Positions 30,330-41,156 of a stretch of DNA of 56,905 bases are shown here, one piece after another. The stretch covers positions 1 to 56,905 of the forward strand of contig JBGTGT010000029.1 in the NCBI GenBank assembly GCA_041746575.1, given 5' to 3'. The DNA comes from Microcystaceae cyanobacterium (GTDB taxonomy: Bacteria > Cyanobacteriota > Cyanobacteriia > Cyanobacteriales > Microcystaceae). Within the stretch, counting starts at the first letter, position 1. Every line of letters begins with the position of its first letter. The position numbers and the translations under genes were made by a program. Under the pieces are notes generated by a model that saw nothing but the letters and a program-made list of their open reading frames with translations, had not been told where the DNA came from and did no database searches.

Positions 30330-30908
30330 ATGAAACGTTCTCAAGCTCACGCCAACCCTCTGCTTTTGTTAGAAACTGACCCCGATGCGTCTTTTCGTCC
30401 TCGTTCGGATATTCTAGATATGAATCGCTCTCACTCTCCTTCTCCCTCTGCTGGGAAAAAAAACTCATCGATCCCTAAATTTCCAGCCCAAAAACTTAAA
30501 CATAAAAGCGTAGTTGACCAAATTCGAGAACGTCATCGTCTGCCAAATCCTTGGCGAGTAGGAGAGGTGGTTCAAGTTATTGTCAAAGGAAACCCCGATT
30601 TACGAGGTAGAGGAGGACAATGGGGAGTGATCGTTGAGGTGTTAGAATTCTCCTGTATCGTGCGGGTTTGGGATGGGGTACTTCAGGTTAAAATTGAACA
30701 GCTTCAAGAATTGCCCTATTCCCTCTCTCAGAAAAAGGAAATGCAGGCAATCAGCGATCGCTTAGCAAAAATTCCAGTGCAGAATACAGAAACCTCAATC
30801 AAAGCATTCTTAGCAGGGTTAGGCAGTATCCAACGTCCTTTTTTAACGCAAACTGAAGAAACCCTCTTAACAACGCTAGAAAGCTTTTATAACGGTAACG
30901 GAATGTAG
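30330..30908 (+). CDS. Hypothetical protein with a KOW/SH3-like cyanobacterial domain; possibly an N-terminally truncated relic
   Basis: IRERHRLPNPWRVGEVVQVIVKGNPDLRGRGGQWGVIVEVLEFSCIVRVWDG; low-complexity N-terminus. Confidence 0.6.
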   Translation: MKRSQAHANPLLLLETDPDASFRPRSDILDMNRSHSPSPSAGKKNSSIPKFPAQKLKHKSVVDQIRERHRLPNPWRVGEVVQVIVKGNPDLRGRGGQWGVIVEVLEFSCIVRVWDGVLQVKIEQLQELPYSLSQKKEMQAISDRLAKIPVQNTETSIKAFLAGLGSIQRPFLTQTEETLLTTLESFYNGNGM

Positions 30909-31009
30909 AATTAAAAAGTATCTATCGAAATTTAACCTGCAAAAGCCAATGATTGTCAGAAAAATTCGTTCTTCGCTTTAACAGGTTACTGCTCACCGCT
31001 GGCTGAATC

Positions 31010-31822
31010 ATGGAACGTCTTATCATTGCACAAGAATTGGCCGATGTATCGGGGGAAGTCATTCACCGCTATTTTCGTCAACCCAATTTATCTACCGAGA
31101 CGAAAACATGGGATCGTTCTTCCATCGTGACGATTGCCGATCAAGAAGCGGAAGAAGCCATGGTAGGGATTATCCGAGAAAAATTGCCTAAAGATGGCGT
31201 GATTCGGGAAGAAGGGGTAAATATTCCCTCAGAAAATGGATTTTACTGGGTACTTGATCCCATAGACGGTACATCCTCTTTCGTGAAAGGTTTACCCATT
31301 TTCGGCACTTTAATTGGTTTAATTGAAGAAAATAACCCTAAACCTCTTTTGGGCTTAATGAATCAACCGATCTTAAACGAAAGATGGCTCGGCGTTCAAG
31401 GAAAAGGGACAACCTTTCAAGGCTCTGCCATTAGTAACCCCTATCTGCAACGAACCGATATTCCCTTAAAATCTGCCTGTTTAACCTCAACTACGCCGTT
31501 AATGTTTGTTACGGCAAGACAACAAGCGATCGCCACCCGTCTGCAACAAGTGTGTCAACGGACAGCCTTTGGCGGAGATTGCTATAACTATGTTTCTTTG
31601 GCAATGGGTTGGGGAGCTTTGCCCCTCGTTATTGTGGAATCTGACTTAAAATACTATGATTTTTGTGCTTTAATTCCAATTATCGAAGGCTCAGGTACAA
31701 TCATTACGGATTGGCAAGGTAAACCGTTACAACCGGATTCTACCGAAGCGATCGCTGCCGCCAATCATTCCCTATGGCAAGAAGCCTTAGCCATTATCGA
31801 TCATGTCATAGGTGAGGGGTAA
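31010..31822 (+). CDS. Inositol monophosphatase family (HisN-like) protein
   Basis: VTIADQEAE, EE, WVLDPIDGT, GGDCYNY, YDFCALIPIIEGSG. Confidence 0.85.
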   Translation: MERLIIAQELADVSGEVIHRYFRQPNLSTETKTWDRSSIVTIADQEAEEAMVGIIREKLPKDGVIREEGVNIPSENGFYWVLDPIDGTSSFVKGLPIFGTLIGLIEENNPKPLLGLMNQPILNERWLGVQGKGTTFQGSAISNPYLQRTDIPLKSACLTSTTPLMFVTARQQAIATRLQQVCQRTAFGGDCYNYVSLAMGWGALPLVIVESDLKYYDFCALIPIIEGSGTIITDWQGKPLQPDSTEAIAAANHSLWQEALAIIDHVIGEG

Positions 31823-31954
31823 AATCTTTGGTTTTCGAGAATCGATCAGCATTTTAAGGCGTACCTCACGACGAAATTCGGAGATTCTAGAGAAGAAAAA
31901 CAGGCAACTGTGACCTATCTCATTCTGCTCTCGCTTCCTTTTTAGCCTAATTTC

Positions 31955-33682
31955 TTAATAATAATTGCCTACCTTACGATGATGAACTGCCGTCAAGCCA
32001 TCAGGGTTAGAAACGCGTCCTTGGGTCACTTTACTATACACCACCCAATGATCACTGCACTCCATTCGACTCACCACCTCACACTCCAAATAAGCTAAGG
32101 CATCGACTAAAATCGGTGAACCATTGTTGGCAGTTTGAATCTTTATCCCTTCAAAGCGATCAGCCCCCGGTGAGAATCGTTTGAGAAAATGCTTCATTAA
32201 ACCTTGATATTTACCCTCTTCAAGAATATTCAAGACAAAAGTATCTCCTACTTGCATCAATGATTCGATTGCCCGGTCTTTCGCCACCGCAACTGTAAAA
32301 CCGGGGGGATCAAAACTAGCCTGCGTCACCCAACTGGCTAACATTGCCCCGCTAACTTCTCCTTTTTGAGCAGTTAAGATGTATAATCCGCCGCTAATTC
32401 GCCCTATCGCTTTATCTAACTCATTATCAAGGGATTTACGTTGTTTAGTTTTTTTGGCTTGGGTTAACGCTTGTCCTAAGTCTGTTCCCGACTCTTCACA
32501 TAATTGATAAGTGGTTTCGTAGGGAGTATCTTTAATCCGAAGGGAAGTAAACACTTGAGTTAAACCAATATCTCGCAACTTCGTTACCCAAGGATCAACC
32601 GGTTCATCATTGCCTCCGTAGGATTCAAATAAGCCAAAATATTGCTTATCATGAACTGCCGCTAGCATTGTTCCTATATTAGTCGTAATCTCCTTATTAT
32701 ACTCTCCTGTAATCGGTGGCATCCCTAAAACAATCCCACTAGCGCGACTGACGAGTTCTTGAATCTCTTGGGGATCGCCGGATTTGAGATCCACCATTTC
32801 CACCGCCACACCCGTTTTCGTTATTCCTTTAGCTAAGGCTTGAGAAAGGCGATCGCTGTAACCGTAATCAGAGACATAAAAAACCGCCACAAGGGTTTCC
32901 GCTTTGGTTTGATCAAGGCTCCAAGAACGATAACGATTGAGTAACTCTTGCAGATTATACTGAAGCAAAGGCCCATGTCCGTTGGCAATTAGCTTGATTT
33001 CTGCCAAATTCTCCATCCGTTTCATTGCCGCAATCACAGATCGGGCATTAGGTGCCATTAAGCATTCATAATAAAAATGATAATCTGCTTCAATATCTGC
33101 TAAATGCTCATCATAAACCAAATCAGAGCAGTAATGCATGCCAAAGACATCACAAGTAAAGAGGACGCCTGTTTTCTGGTCGTAGGTTAAAATCGTATCT
33201 GGCCAATGAAGGTTTGGTGCATTGACAAATTCCAAAATATGACCGTTCCCTAAATCAAGGGTATCCCCATTTTTCACAATTATCCGTTTAAAGGGCTGAT
33301 GAACAAAGTTTTCAAGAAATTGAATGGCTACTTTAGATCCCACAACGGTAATATTGGGTGCAAGGGCGAGAATATCTTTGGTTAAACCACTGTGATCGGG
33401 TTCAGTATGGCTAATAACTAGATAATCAATCCTTTTCGGGTCAATTAACCCTTGAAGCGTATCAAGATATAACTGGCGAATCTTTTCATGGGAGGTATCC
33501 ACTAAAGCTATTTTTTCGGATTGAATTAAGTAAGAATTGTAAGTTGTGCCGTTTTGTAAGCCAAATTCAATATCAAAGCGATCTCTATCCCAGTCTAAAG
33601 AACGAATCGTCGTAGTATCTTGTGCAATGACAGCCGTCTGTATCGTTAAGCGTTTCTCAATTTTTGTAGGGGTAGCAACCAT
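31955..33682 (-). CDS. flv3: Flavodiiron protein, Flv3-type
   Basis: RSLDWDRDRFDIEFGLQNGTTYNS, intact HTEPDH di-iron motif, flavodoxin and flavin-reductase domains, HHRKVGNYY. Confidence 0.85.
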   Translation of the reverse strand: MVATPTKIEKRLTIQTAVIAQDTTTIRSLDWDRDRFDIEFGLQNGTTYNSYLIQSEKIALVDTSHEKIRQLYLDTLQGLIDPKRIDYLVISHTEPDHSGLTKDILALAPNITVVGSKVAIQFLENFVHQPFKRIIVKNGDTLDLGNGHILEFVNAPNLHWPDTILTYDQKTGVLFTCDVFGMHYCSDLVYDEHLADIEADYHFYYECLMAPNARSVIAAMKRMENLAEIKLIANGHGPLLQYNLQELLNRYRSWSLDQTKAETLVAVFYVSDYGYSDRLSQALAKGITKTGVAVEMVDLKSGDPQEIQELVSRASGIVLGMPPITGEYNKEITTNIGTMLAAVHDKQYFGLFESYGGNDEPVDPWVTKLRDIGLTQVFTSLRIKDTPYETTYQLCEESGTDLGQALTQAKKTKQRKSLDNELDKAIGRISGGLYILTAQKGEVSGAMLASWVTQASFDPPGFTVAVAKDRAIESLMQVGDTFVLNILEEGKYQGLMKHFLKRFSPGADRFEGIKIQTANNGSPILVDALAYLECEVVSRMECSDHWVVYSKVTQGRVSNPDGLTAVHHRKVGNYY

Positions 33683-33830
33683 AACCCGCTCCTTGATTAA
33701 ATTTTTGATCTTAAGATTTGCTTTTTATTGTCTCATAAATTTTATGAAACCGACGTCCATCGCCAGAATTAAACTCTATCTTGTTTCTTATATTATTTCT
33801 TGAGGATAATCGGCAAATTCTGTCAAAATT

Positions 33831-34664
33831 CTATTGTTTTAATTCTGCCTTTGCCGCTTGCCAAAGGTTTTCTAACTCTTCTAGGGTATAGTCTGTTAAA
33901 GGTCGATTAGCCACTTCTTCCATCAGGGTGAAACGTTGGACAAAACGCTGATTGGTTCCCTGTAAGGCTAAGGATGGATCTAATCCATACCAACGGGCAA
34001 TATTGATTAAAGTAAAAAGAACATCTCCCAATTCTGACTCTTGATGGGTTTTATTGTCGCTTTGCAAAGCCTCTTTAAATTCTGCTAACTCTTCTGCAAA
34101 TTTCTGCCAAACGCCTTCTACGTTCTCCCATTCAAATCCAGCAGCAGCCGCTTTATGGGAAATTTTGTTACCTGCCGTCAAAGGAGGTAGGGTTCGGGCA
34201 TAACGGTCTAATTTTCGGCCGAGTCGTTGACTTTCCTGTTCTGTTTCTCCTTTTTCTGCCGCTTTAATTTTTTGCCAGTTTTGATGCACCTCTTCGACGT
34301 TAGATACGGCTAGCTCACCGAAAACATGGGGATGACGACGGATCAACTTATCTGTTAGGCCTTTTGCCACATCTTTTAGGCTAAATTGTCCATAATCATC
34401 AGCAATTTGAGCTTGTAAAACCACTTGTAGCAATAAATCGCCTAATTCTTCTGCAATAGCTTCTTGTTCTTGACTTTGAATCGCACGAACCACTTCATAG
34501 GCTTCTTCGATGATATAGGGAATCAAGGTTTGGGGGGTTTGCGCCCGATCCCATGGACAGCCTCCATCCGGTGATCGCAGTTTCGCTACGACATCTACGA
34601 GATGTTCTAGGGCAGTTAAAATATCTTGGTCAGGAGAAGACGGGAGAACGGGAGCGTTAGTCAT
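33831..34664 (-). CDS. mazG: Nucleoside triphosphate pyrophosphohydrolase
   Basis: GGCPWDRAQT, IEEAYEV, EELGDLLLQV, KLIRRHPHVF. Confidence 0.95.
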   Translation of the reverse strand: MTNAPVLPSSPDQDILTALEHLVDVVAKLRSPDGGCPWDRAQTPQTLIPYIIEEAYEVVRAIQSQEQEAIAEELGDLLLQVVLQAQIADDYGQFSLKDVAKGLTDKLIRRHPHVFGELAVSNVEEVHQNWQKIKAAEKGETEQESQRLGRKLDRYARTLPPLTAGNKISHKAAAAGFEWENVEGVWQKFAEELAEFKEALQSDNKTHQESELGDVLFTLINIARWYGLDPSLALQGTNQRFVQRFTLMEEVANRPLTDYTLEELENLWQAAKAELKQ

Positions 34665-34828
34665 CGCATTAAGTTTTGTGACACTCTCTTTTTTTATACC
34701 ATTTTATAAGTAATATGTATCGAAAATATCAAGATTTGCTAACGGTGGTATCGGCTCGTTATTGTTAAGTTAGCTTTTTTGAGCTTGAGAATTATGGTCA
34801 AAAAATCGGATTTAGGCAGTAAACACCT

Positions 34829-34861
34829 CATACTCACCCCATACTCACCCCATACTCACCC
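34829..34861. repeat. (CATACTCACCC)x3 11-bp tandem repeat
   Basis: Exact triple repeat in the divergent mazG/transglutaminase intergenic region. Confidence 0.9.
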
Positions 34862-35145
34862 CGACAATTCCCTGATTAATGATTCGTAAAAACCGTTTGC
34901 GACCAAGATTTGTAGAGCTAACCCCACCACAGCTAGAAGAATTAGGGGAAAGTTTAAGGAATTTTTCCCGTTTGATTGATTGAGAAATAGGGTTATCTAA
35001 TCAAGAATAAACCCTTAATATTGAGTTCCTCGATCAAAAGAGCCAAATATCAAAAAACCAAGATGATTGAACTGAACAATAACTATTCTTGGACTATAAT
35101 TATTTATTGAAACGTTAAATTCATTTGCGCTCGAATATTTTAACC

Positions 35146-35979
35146 ATGAGAACACAATTTAACTGTGGTTGCGAACTCGATTACAAAGTAACAACTGATA
35201 GCACCTTTATTTTTAACGTTGCCGTTGCTAATACTGAAAGCCAAACTATTTTTCAAGAAAACCTCGTTTTCACTCCTTCGTTTCCCTATGAAGATTCGAG
35301 CAAACCGATAGTCAATAATCGTTATTTTAAAGTTCATGTTTCTACTGGACAATTTAAACTCAGCTATCAAGCCCAAGTCGAAGTGTCTTATTATGACCAC
35401 GATCCTGCTCAAATTGTAGAAATTCCTCCCAAAGATTTGCCGATAGACATCTTAGAATATATTTATCCTTCTCGTTATTGTGAATCGGATCGTCTTTTTC
35501 ATTTCGCTCATTCGGAATTTGGGGATTTACAAGGAGGATACTCTCGAGTGACTGCAATCTGTAACTGGATTTACGACCATGTTACTTATCTTTCAGGCAG
35601 TACCGACTCTCAGACATCAGCTTTCAATACAGTTACTGAAAGAACAGGCGTTTGTCGGGATTTTGCCCATTTAGGCATTGCTTTATGTCGAGCTTTAAAT
35701 ATTCCTGCACGCTTTGCGGCCGGTTATGCTTATAATTTAGTTCCCCCTGATTTTCATGCTTATTTTGAAGCCTATTTAGGCAATCGTTGGTATCTTTTTG
35801 ATGCCACTCGTTTAGTTCCTTTAGAAGGATTAATTCGGATTGGCACAGGAAGAGATGCGGCTGATATTTCTTTTGCAACCATTTTTGGAGGCGTAGAAAT
35901 GCAAAGCATGAAAGTGTTTGTTAATACGTTCGATCAAAATAGACCTGAAGCTACTACCGAAGCCATTTCTCCCCTCTAA
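35146..35979 (+). CDS. Transglutaminase-like protein
   Basis: YPSRYCESD, GVCRDFAH, DFHAYFE, WYLFDAT triad. Confidence 0.92.
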   Translation: MRTQFNCGCELDYKVTTDSTFIFNVAVANTESQTIFQENLVFTPSFPYEDSSKPIVNNRYFKVHVSTGQFKLSYQAQVEVSYYDHDPAQIVEIPPKDLPIDILEYIYPSRYCESDRLFHFAHSEFGDLQGGYSRVTAICNWIYDHVTYLSGSTDSQTSAFNTVTERTGVCRDFAHLGIALCRALNIPARFAAGYAYNLVPPDFHAYFEAYLGNRWYLFDATRLVPLEGLIRIGTGRDAADISFATIFGGVEMQSMKVFVNTFDQNRPEATTEAISPL

Positions 35980-36258
35980 TCTTCACTCCATATCGGCATA
36001 CCTGTCTTAAAATAATAGATAAGGAATGAGGGTAGACAAAAGGCAAGAGAAGAGAGTAGAACCCTTATGACCGATTAGGATTCAACGAGGGACAGCTTAT
36101 CGCGTCAAATGCCTTACCCATCGCGCTTTTGGCTTCAGATTTTGATTTTTGATGACTGATGCCCTTAAATATCATTCTCTAGATATTGATAAAAATAGGG
36201 AGCTATTGGTTATAATCTAGATTAAAGCCAGTTAATTAAAAATGAGGAGACACAACCT

Positions 36259-36525
36259 ATGTTAAATATCATTGCTTGGATAATTTTAGGGTTACTCGCT
36301 GGGGCAATTGCCAAAATGATCTACCCTGGCACCCAAGGGGGAGGGTTTATTGCCACCATGTTCTTAGGGATTATCGGTGCATTTATCGGGGGTAGTCTGT
36401 TGACTTTTTTCCGCACCGGATCATTAGCACTTGTCGGCACAGCCCTCAGTATTCCGGGGATTATTGTGGCCGTTGTAGGAGCAATTATTGCAATCTGGCT
36501 CTGGGGATTACTTAATCGTCGTTAA
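36259..36525 (+). CDS. GlsB/YeaQ/YmgE family membrane stress protein
   Basis: IIAWIILGLLAGAIAK..YPG...LGIIGAFIGG; GAGGAG RBS. Confidence 0.9.
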   Translation: MLNIIAWIILGLLAGAIAKMIYPGTQGGGFIATMFLGIIGAFIGGSLLTFFRTGSLALVGTALSIPGIIVAVVGAIIAIWLWGLLNRR

Positions 36526-36539
36526 CCCAAGTCAGAAGT

Positions 36540-36992
36540 TCATTCAAGACGAAGTGATCTTCCGGTATCATCCGTCCGATACGTCCATGTTTGCTGTTGA
36601 TACCCCATGACCACGCGCCAACCACTGACTAAAGCTTGCGTACAGAGTTCGTTGGCGGTGCCGAGTCCTAAACAACCATCCGCCCAAGTCTGAGGGGTGG
36701 CTTGTTTGATTTCAAACTGATTCGCCTTAAGTTTGGTACGACGGGCTAAATTTTGGCGAATCTCTGCTTCAATCTCTTTGGGCAGGGCAACTTGACTCAT
36801 CGCAATTGTCTCATTAGATATTAGAAAATTTAATAACGATAAAGACGCATCTGCCTTTGTGGCAGCAATAGGGAACAGCGTTACACTCAACATCAAGCCT
36901 AACGTCAATCCCCATGCCCCTTGTCGGTTAAAATTCATCCATTGCTTAAATTTTGAGAAATTTTTCAGTGGCTTGGTAAGATTCATTGTCAT
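36540..36992 (-). CDS. Secreted hypothetical protein
   Basis: Signal-like segment; TWADGCLGL...CTQALVSGWRV...YRTD. Confidence 0.7.
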   Translation of the reverse strand: MTMNLTKPLKNFSKFKQWMNFNRQGAWGLTLGLMLSVTLFPIAATKADASLSLLNFLISNETIAMSQVALPKEIEAEIRQNLARRTKLKANQFEIKQATPQTWADGCLGLGTANELCTQALVSGWRVVMGYQQQTWTYRTDDTGRSLRLE

Positions 36993-37136
36993 TTTGGGAA
37001 AGCTATATCTATCAATTTAGTCGATCAGGGAAATTAAAGGTTAAAGCTTGAACTTCTCAAGCGGCATCTGAATATCCAATCAGTTTTAACCGTAATATCC
37101 TTATACTGCCTATTTTAGCCAAATTTAACCTTTAAG

Positions 37137-37973
37137 GTGAACCTGCTTATGTTCTCTCTTTGGTTGTCTCAGCAACGCCTTTTTGCTCAATTGGTCGAAA
37201 CAGAGGATCCCCTATCCTCAAAGCCTAGGGAGCAAAATAATTCTTCTCCTCATCCTGTCATGATGGGGATTTCCCTCGTATTGATTCTCAGTGCGATCGC
37301 CCTAATTGCATTCAGTCGCTACCAAGTTTATCAAGGGATTAAAGCACTCAAATTTGAAGAATATAAAACCAAAGATTTAAAGAAAAAACTGAAATTGGCG
37401 TTGGTAACTATCCGAAAAATGGAAGCAAATCCTGATTTAGTTCATGCCAGAGGTTTTAATCTTGATTATCTTAGAATGCGCATGGATGAAGAGGTCTTTC
37501 ATTATGTGATTGTCAATCAAATTAAAATGAAGGTCACCCAAATTATTGGTTCTGCGCTACGACCTAGTACAGAAAAGTTACAAGCAGGAATTGTAGCTGG
37601 AGGACGACAAATTGATGAAAGCTTTGACGTAACCTACGAAGTAGAAACTCAAGAGGGAAAATGGAATAAAGGAATTTTATTTCGCATTCAAATTAAATTG
37701 ACCAAACTACCCACTCAATCCACTGCCTCCACCATTGAACAAATTATCAGTTGTATCGAAACCTTTCTAGCTCCCAATGCCGACCATAGTAATTGGCAAC
37801 CTGCCATTCAAGGTCATGTTGTTTACATGAGTTGGGATCAAAAAGCCAAACCCACACCATTATTGGTGCTAGAACAATCCGAAGAAGGGGTAAATGTCAG
37901 CATTAGAACAAATCCCATTCATGCTAATTCCAATCCCAATCTTAACCCCAAAAAGAGCGAAGTTTCGCCATAG
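37137..37973 (+). CDS. Conserved hypothetical membrane protein
   Basis: Single TM helix then NPDLVHARGFNLDYLRMRMDEEVFH; 278-aa ORF. Confidence 0.7.
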   Translation: MNLLMFSLWLSQQRLFAQLVETEDPLSSKPREQNNSSPHPVMMGISLVLILSAIALIAFSRYQVYQGIKALKFEEYKTKDLKKKLKLALVTIRKMEANPDLVHARGFNLDYLRMRMDEEVFHYVIVNQIKMKVTQIIGSALRPSTEKLQAGIVAGGRQIDESFDVTYEVETQEGKWNKGILFRIQIKLTKLPTQSTASTIEQIISCIETFLAPNADHSNWQPAIQGHVVYMSWDQKAKPTPLLVLEQSEEGVNVSIRTNPIHANSNPNLNPKKSEVSP

Positions 37974-38038
37974 TGATTAACAGTGAAGCTTTTTTCGTGA
38001 AGGAGGATGAGATCTGAGTCAACGAGGTAGTGATATCC

Positions 38039-39643
38039 CTACTTAAGCGGGGCTGTAGAACTCAGTTTAAGGGAAGGATGATCCGTTCTGACTTGATCTA
38101 AATTCCACTCATTTTTAAATAATAAAACAGGGCGTTCCCAGCTATCTTTTACAGTCATACTATTAAAAATTCTCCCCACTGCGTCTAAGGCTTCCCAACC
38201 GTCCACTACCCAACGAGCGACGCTGTAAGGCAACGTTTCAGTGGCTGTTTCTACGCCATACTCGTTTAATAAGCGAAATTGCACCACATCAAACTGTAGT
38301 TGACCGACTGCCGCTAAAATAGGATCTCGTTTAAAGGAATCCTCTGCAAACATAATTTGAATGGCGCCTTCTTCCCGTAACTCTTGAATGCCTTTTTGAA
38401 ATTGCTTAAACTTAGATGGATTCGGATTCTTGAGATAAGCAAATAATTCGGGTGAGAAACACGGAATTCCTTCGTATTCCAACTTTTTGCCTTGATAAAT
38501 CGTGTCGCCAATCGCAAAAACTCCCGGATTATTTAAACCAATCACATCCCCCGGATAAGCTTCCTCAATCGACCCCCGATCTTGAGCAAAAAGCTTCTGA
38601 GGACGGGAAAGGCGGATACTTTTACCCGTTCTGGCATGATTAACTACCATATCCTTCTCAAATTTTCCGGTACAGACTCTTATAAAGGCTACCCTATCCC
38701 GATGTTTTGGATCCATATTCGCCTGTAACTTAAAAACAAACCCTGTAAACTCTGGATAAGTCGGTTCAACTACCCCCATCGAAGACGGACGACCTTCGGG
38801 TTTTAGTGCATAATTTAAGAACGATTCTAGGAATAATCTCACGCCAAAATTGGTCATGGCACTGCCAAAGAAAACAGGCGTCATTTCCCCTTGATGAACT
38901 GCTTCAAAATCTAAATCGCCCCCTAATTCTTCGAGAATTTCTAGTTCTTCTTTGAATTGATGATAGCATTCCGGCTCAATATAATCCTCAATCTGGGGAT
39001 CTCCCAAGGCAATGACGATTTCCTTCGCTTCGGCGGAGCCGTGGGAACGCCGTTCAAATAGATGAATCTTTTGACTAGGACGATGATACACTCCTTTAAA
39101 GCGATCGCCTGAGCCAATCGGCCAATTAACCGCATAGGTTTGCATTCCTAACTCTTGCTCAATCTCATCGAGTAAGGATAAGGGATCTTGTCCCGGGCGA
39201 TCCATTTTATTGATAAACGTAAAAATTGGCAGTTTTCTGAGGCGACAAACTTCAAATAACTTACGGGTTTGGGGTTCAAGTCCTTTAGCCGCATCAATCA
39301 GCATCACGGCATTATCGGCCGCCGCTAGGGTACGATAGGTATCTTCACTAAAGTCTTGGTGACCGGGGGTATCCAGTAGATTAATTTGGGTATCTTGATA
39401 ATTAAACTGTAAAACGGTAGAAGTAATCGAGATTCCCCGTTGTTTCTCCATTTCCATCCAGTCTGAGGTTACTTTTCGCTGATCTCGTCGAGCTTTAACC
39501 GCTCCTGCTTGGTGAATAGCACCGCCGTAGAGAAGGAGTTTTTCCGTTAAAGTGGTTTTTCCGGCATCTGGGTGAGAAATGATGGCAAAATTGCGTCTTT
39601 GCTTAACCGCTTGGGCAATTTCTGTTTGAAGATCGTTAGTCAT
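38039..39643 (-). CDS. prfC: Peptide chain release factor 3
   Basis: [41 protein letters not shown]. Confidence 0.98.
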   Translation of the reverse strand: MTNDLQTEIAQAVKQRRNFAIISHPDAGKTTLTEKLLLYGGAIHQAGAVKARRDQRKVTSDWMEMEKQRGISITSTVLQFNYQDTQINLLDTPGHQDFSEDTYRTLAAADNAVMLIDAAKGLEPQTRKLFEVCRLRKLPIFTFINKMDRPGQDPLSLLDEIEQELGMQTYAVNWPIGSGDRFKGVYHRPSQKIHLFERRSHGSAEAKEIVIALGDPQIEDYIEPECYHQFKEELEILEELGGDLDFEAVHQGEMTPVFFGSAMTNFGVRLFLESFLNYALKPEGRPSSMGVVEPTYPEFTGFVFKLQANMDPKHRDRVAFIRVCTGKFEKDMVVNHARTGKSIRLSRPQKLFAQDRGSIEEAYPGDVIGLNNPGVFAIGDTIYQGKKLEYEGIPCFSPELFAYLKNPNPSKFKQFQKGIQELREEGAIQIMFAEDSFKRDPILAAVGQLQFDVVQFRLLNEYGVETATETLPYSVARWVVDGWEALDAVGRIFNSMTVKDSWERPVLLFKNEWNLDQVRTDHPSLKLSSTAPLK

Positions 39644-39751
39644 GCACGCTTGCGTCGTTCGTCAAGAGGGGATAGTTCCAGTCTTCAACATTATAGCAAA
39701 CCGTCTTAGACCCTGAGAGAGATTTGATATCAATCAGGATTATGATCTTAT

Positions 39752-39778
39752 TTATCCAAATTATCCAAATTATCCAAA
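39752..39778 (+). repeat. (TTATCCAAA)x3 9-bp tandem repeat
   Basis: Exact triple repeat upstream of prfC. Confidence 0.85.
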
Positions 39779-40037
39779 GCCAAACACTCACCCCTTACCT
39801 TAACCCCCCAAACGAAAACAACGATGAAGAATTCTTCTTCTCAATCAATCTCTTCATCTGAATAAATTGTCCAAATTTACGTCATCGTTTTCATTCGTCT
39901 TTTTAATTCATTTTATCAATCAAGAATTGACAATGATAAAAGCCCTATGGTAGCGTAGCGTCATTTATGTTAATGTTATTAACATTATAATCTAGATCAG
40001 CAAGGTTAACATTACCCTTTAAAATTGGCTATTTTTT

Positions 40038-41027
40038 ATGATGTCTCCCGAACTATCTATTGTAATTCCGACCCGAGAAGGATTGTCCGAAAGCTGGTTT
40101 AGAGAATTATTTAAAGTCAAAGGCAATGTGGAGTTTATTTTAGTCCATCCGCCGGGGAGTCAGAAATATCCCTACAAAGATTCTCGAATGCAACAAATCA
40201 TAAGTCCATTTCGGGGTGAAATTATGCAGCGGATGACAGGATTAATGACCGCCTCTGCCCCTTACATTTTATCAGTGAACTGCGACGAATATCTTCATCC
40301 TCAATTATTAGAAATTACGCAACAATATTTTACTGCCTTTCCAGATAGCTGGATGATGCGATTGAAAGCTCAGTTTTTTGACTATGGACAGTTGGAAGGC
40401 AATGAAAATGAATGGGGAATTTTCCCCTCGATTGAGACCTTAGCGGTTTATTCGGATCAGGAATTGAAAGCTAAAAAGAAACAAGGAGAAATTGCCGAAA
40501 AAGAAAGTAATTATTTAATTGAAATTCCGATCGCTCCTTTAGAAAATTCTTTTTCTTTTCAATCTTTTCGTCGAAAGCGTCAAGATTTACACGGTCGCCA
40601 TACCGAGAATTTTGATAAAAAGGTTTGGCAAGCCCATTTAGTCAAGGAAACGCTTTTAGATTTAACTCAATTGATGATGTTATTTGGTTCGATTAAATAT
40701 GTCCCATTTTGGTGCTTAGATCGTTTATTAGGTTTATATCTACAAGCAAAGTTTTTTGAAAAAGATCGAGTAATTGGTCATCTGTTATGCTCTCCTGAAC
40801 AGCTTTACATCGAAGATAATCCGCCTAAATATTCTCGCAATTATCGTTGGTATCAATTAGCAGAAATTTTATTAATTAAACGCTTTCCTCAATATGGTTA
40901 TCTCTGGAATTTAGCGGTACAGGATGTGGTTGCTATGATATCTTGGCTCGTTAAACCCCGTATTCAGCCCGAAAAAGACGACTCAATACTTGATAGTAAT
41001 CAGGTACCTGTCATTGGTGACCCATAG
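40038..41027 (+). CDS. GT-A fold (GT2-like) protein
   Basis: LSIVIPTR start, YILSVNCDEY (DxD-like). Confidence 0.6.
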   Translation: MMSPELSIVIPTREGLSESWFRELFKVKGNVEFILVHPPGSQKYPYKDSRMQQIISPFRGEIMQRMTGLMTASAPYILSVNCDEYLHPQLLEITQQYFTAFPDSWMMRLKAQFFDYGQLEGNENEWGIFPSIETLAVYSDQELKAKKKQGEIAEKESNYLIEIPIAPLENSFSFQSFRRKRQDLHGRHTENFDKKVWQAHLVKETLLDLTQLMMLFGSIKYVPFWCLDRLLGLYLQAKFFEKDRVIGHLLCSPEQLYIEDNPPKYSRNYRWYQLAEILLIKRFPQYGYLWNLAVQDVVAMISWLVKPRIQPEKDDSILDSNQVPVIGDP

Positions 41028-41156
41028 GGGAGACGCGGGAGCGTTTGCACCCAAAATAGATTAAAATACGGTCAGGAGAACATCAAAAAATTGGATTGCC
41101 CTAAATTTATCGGCTATCATCTACAATTGAGCTTGAGTTGACACTGAAAATTTTTT

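Noticed and set aside
34829..34861. CRISPR array or plasmid iterons
   Set aside because: Units abut with no spacers, are only 11 bp, and no cas or rep gene is present.
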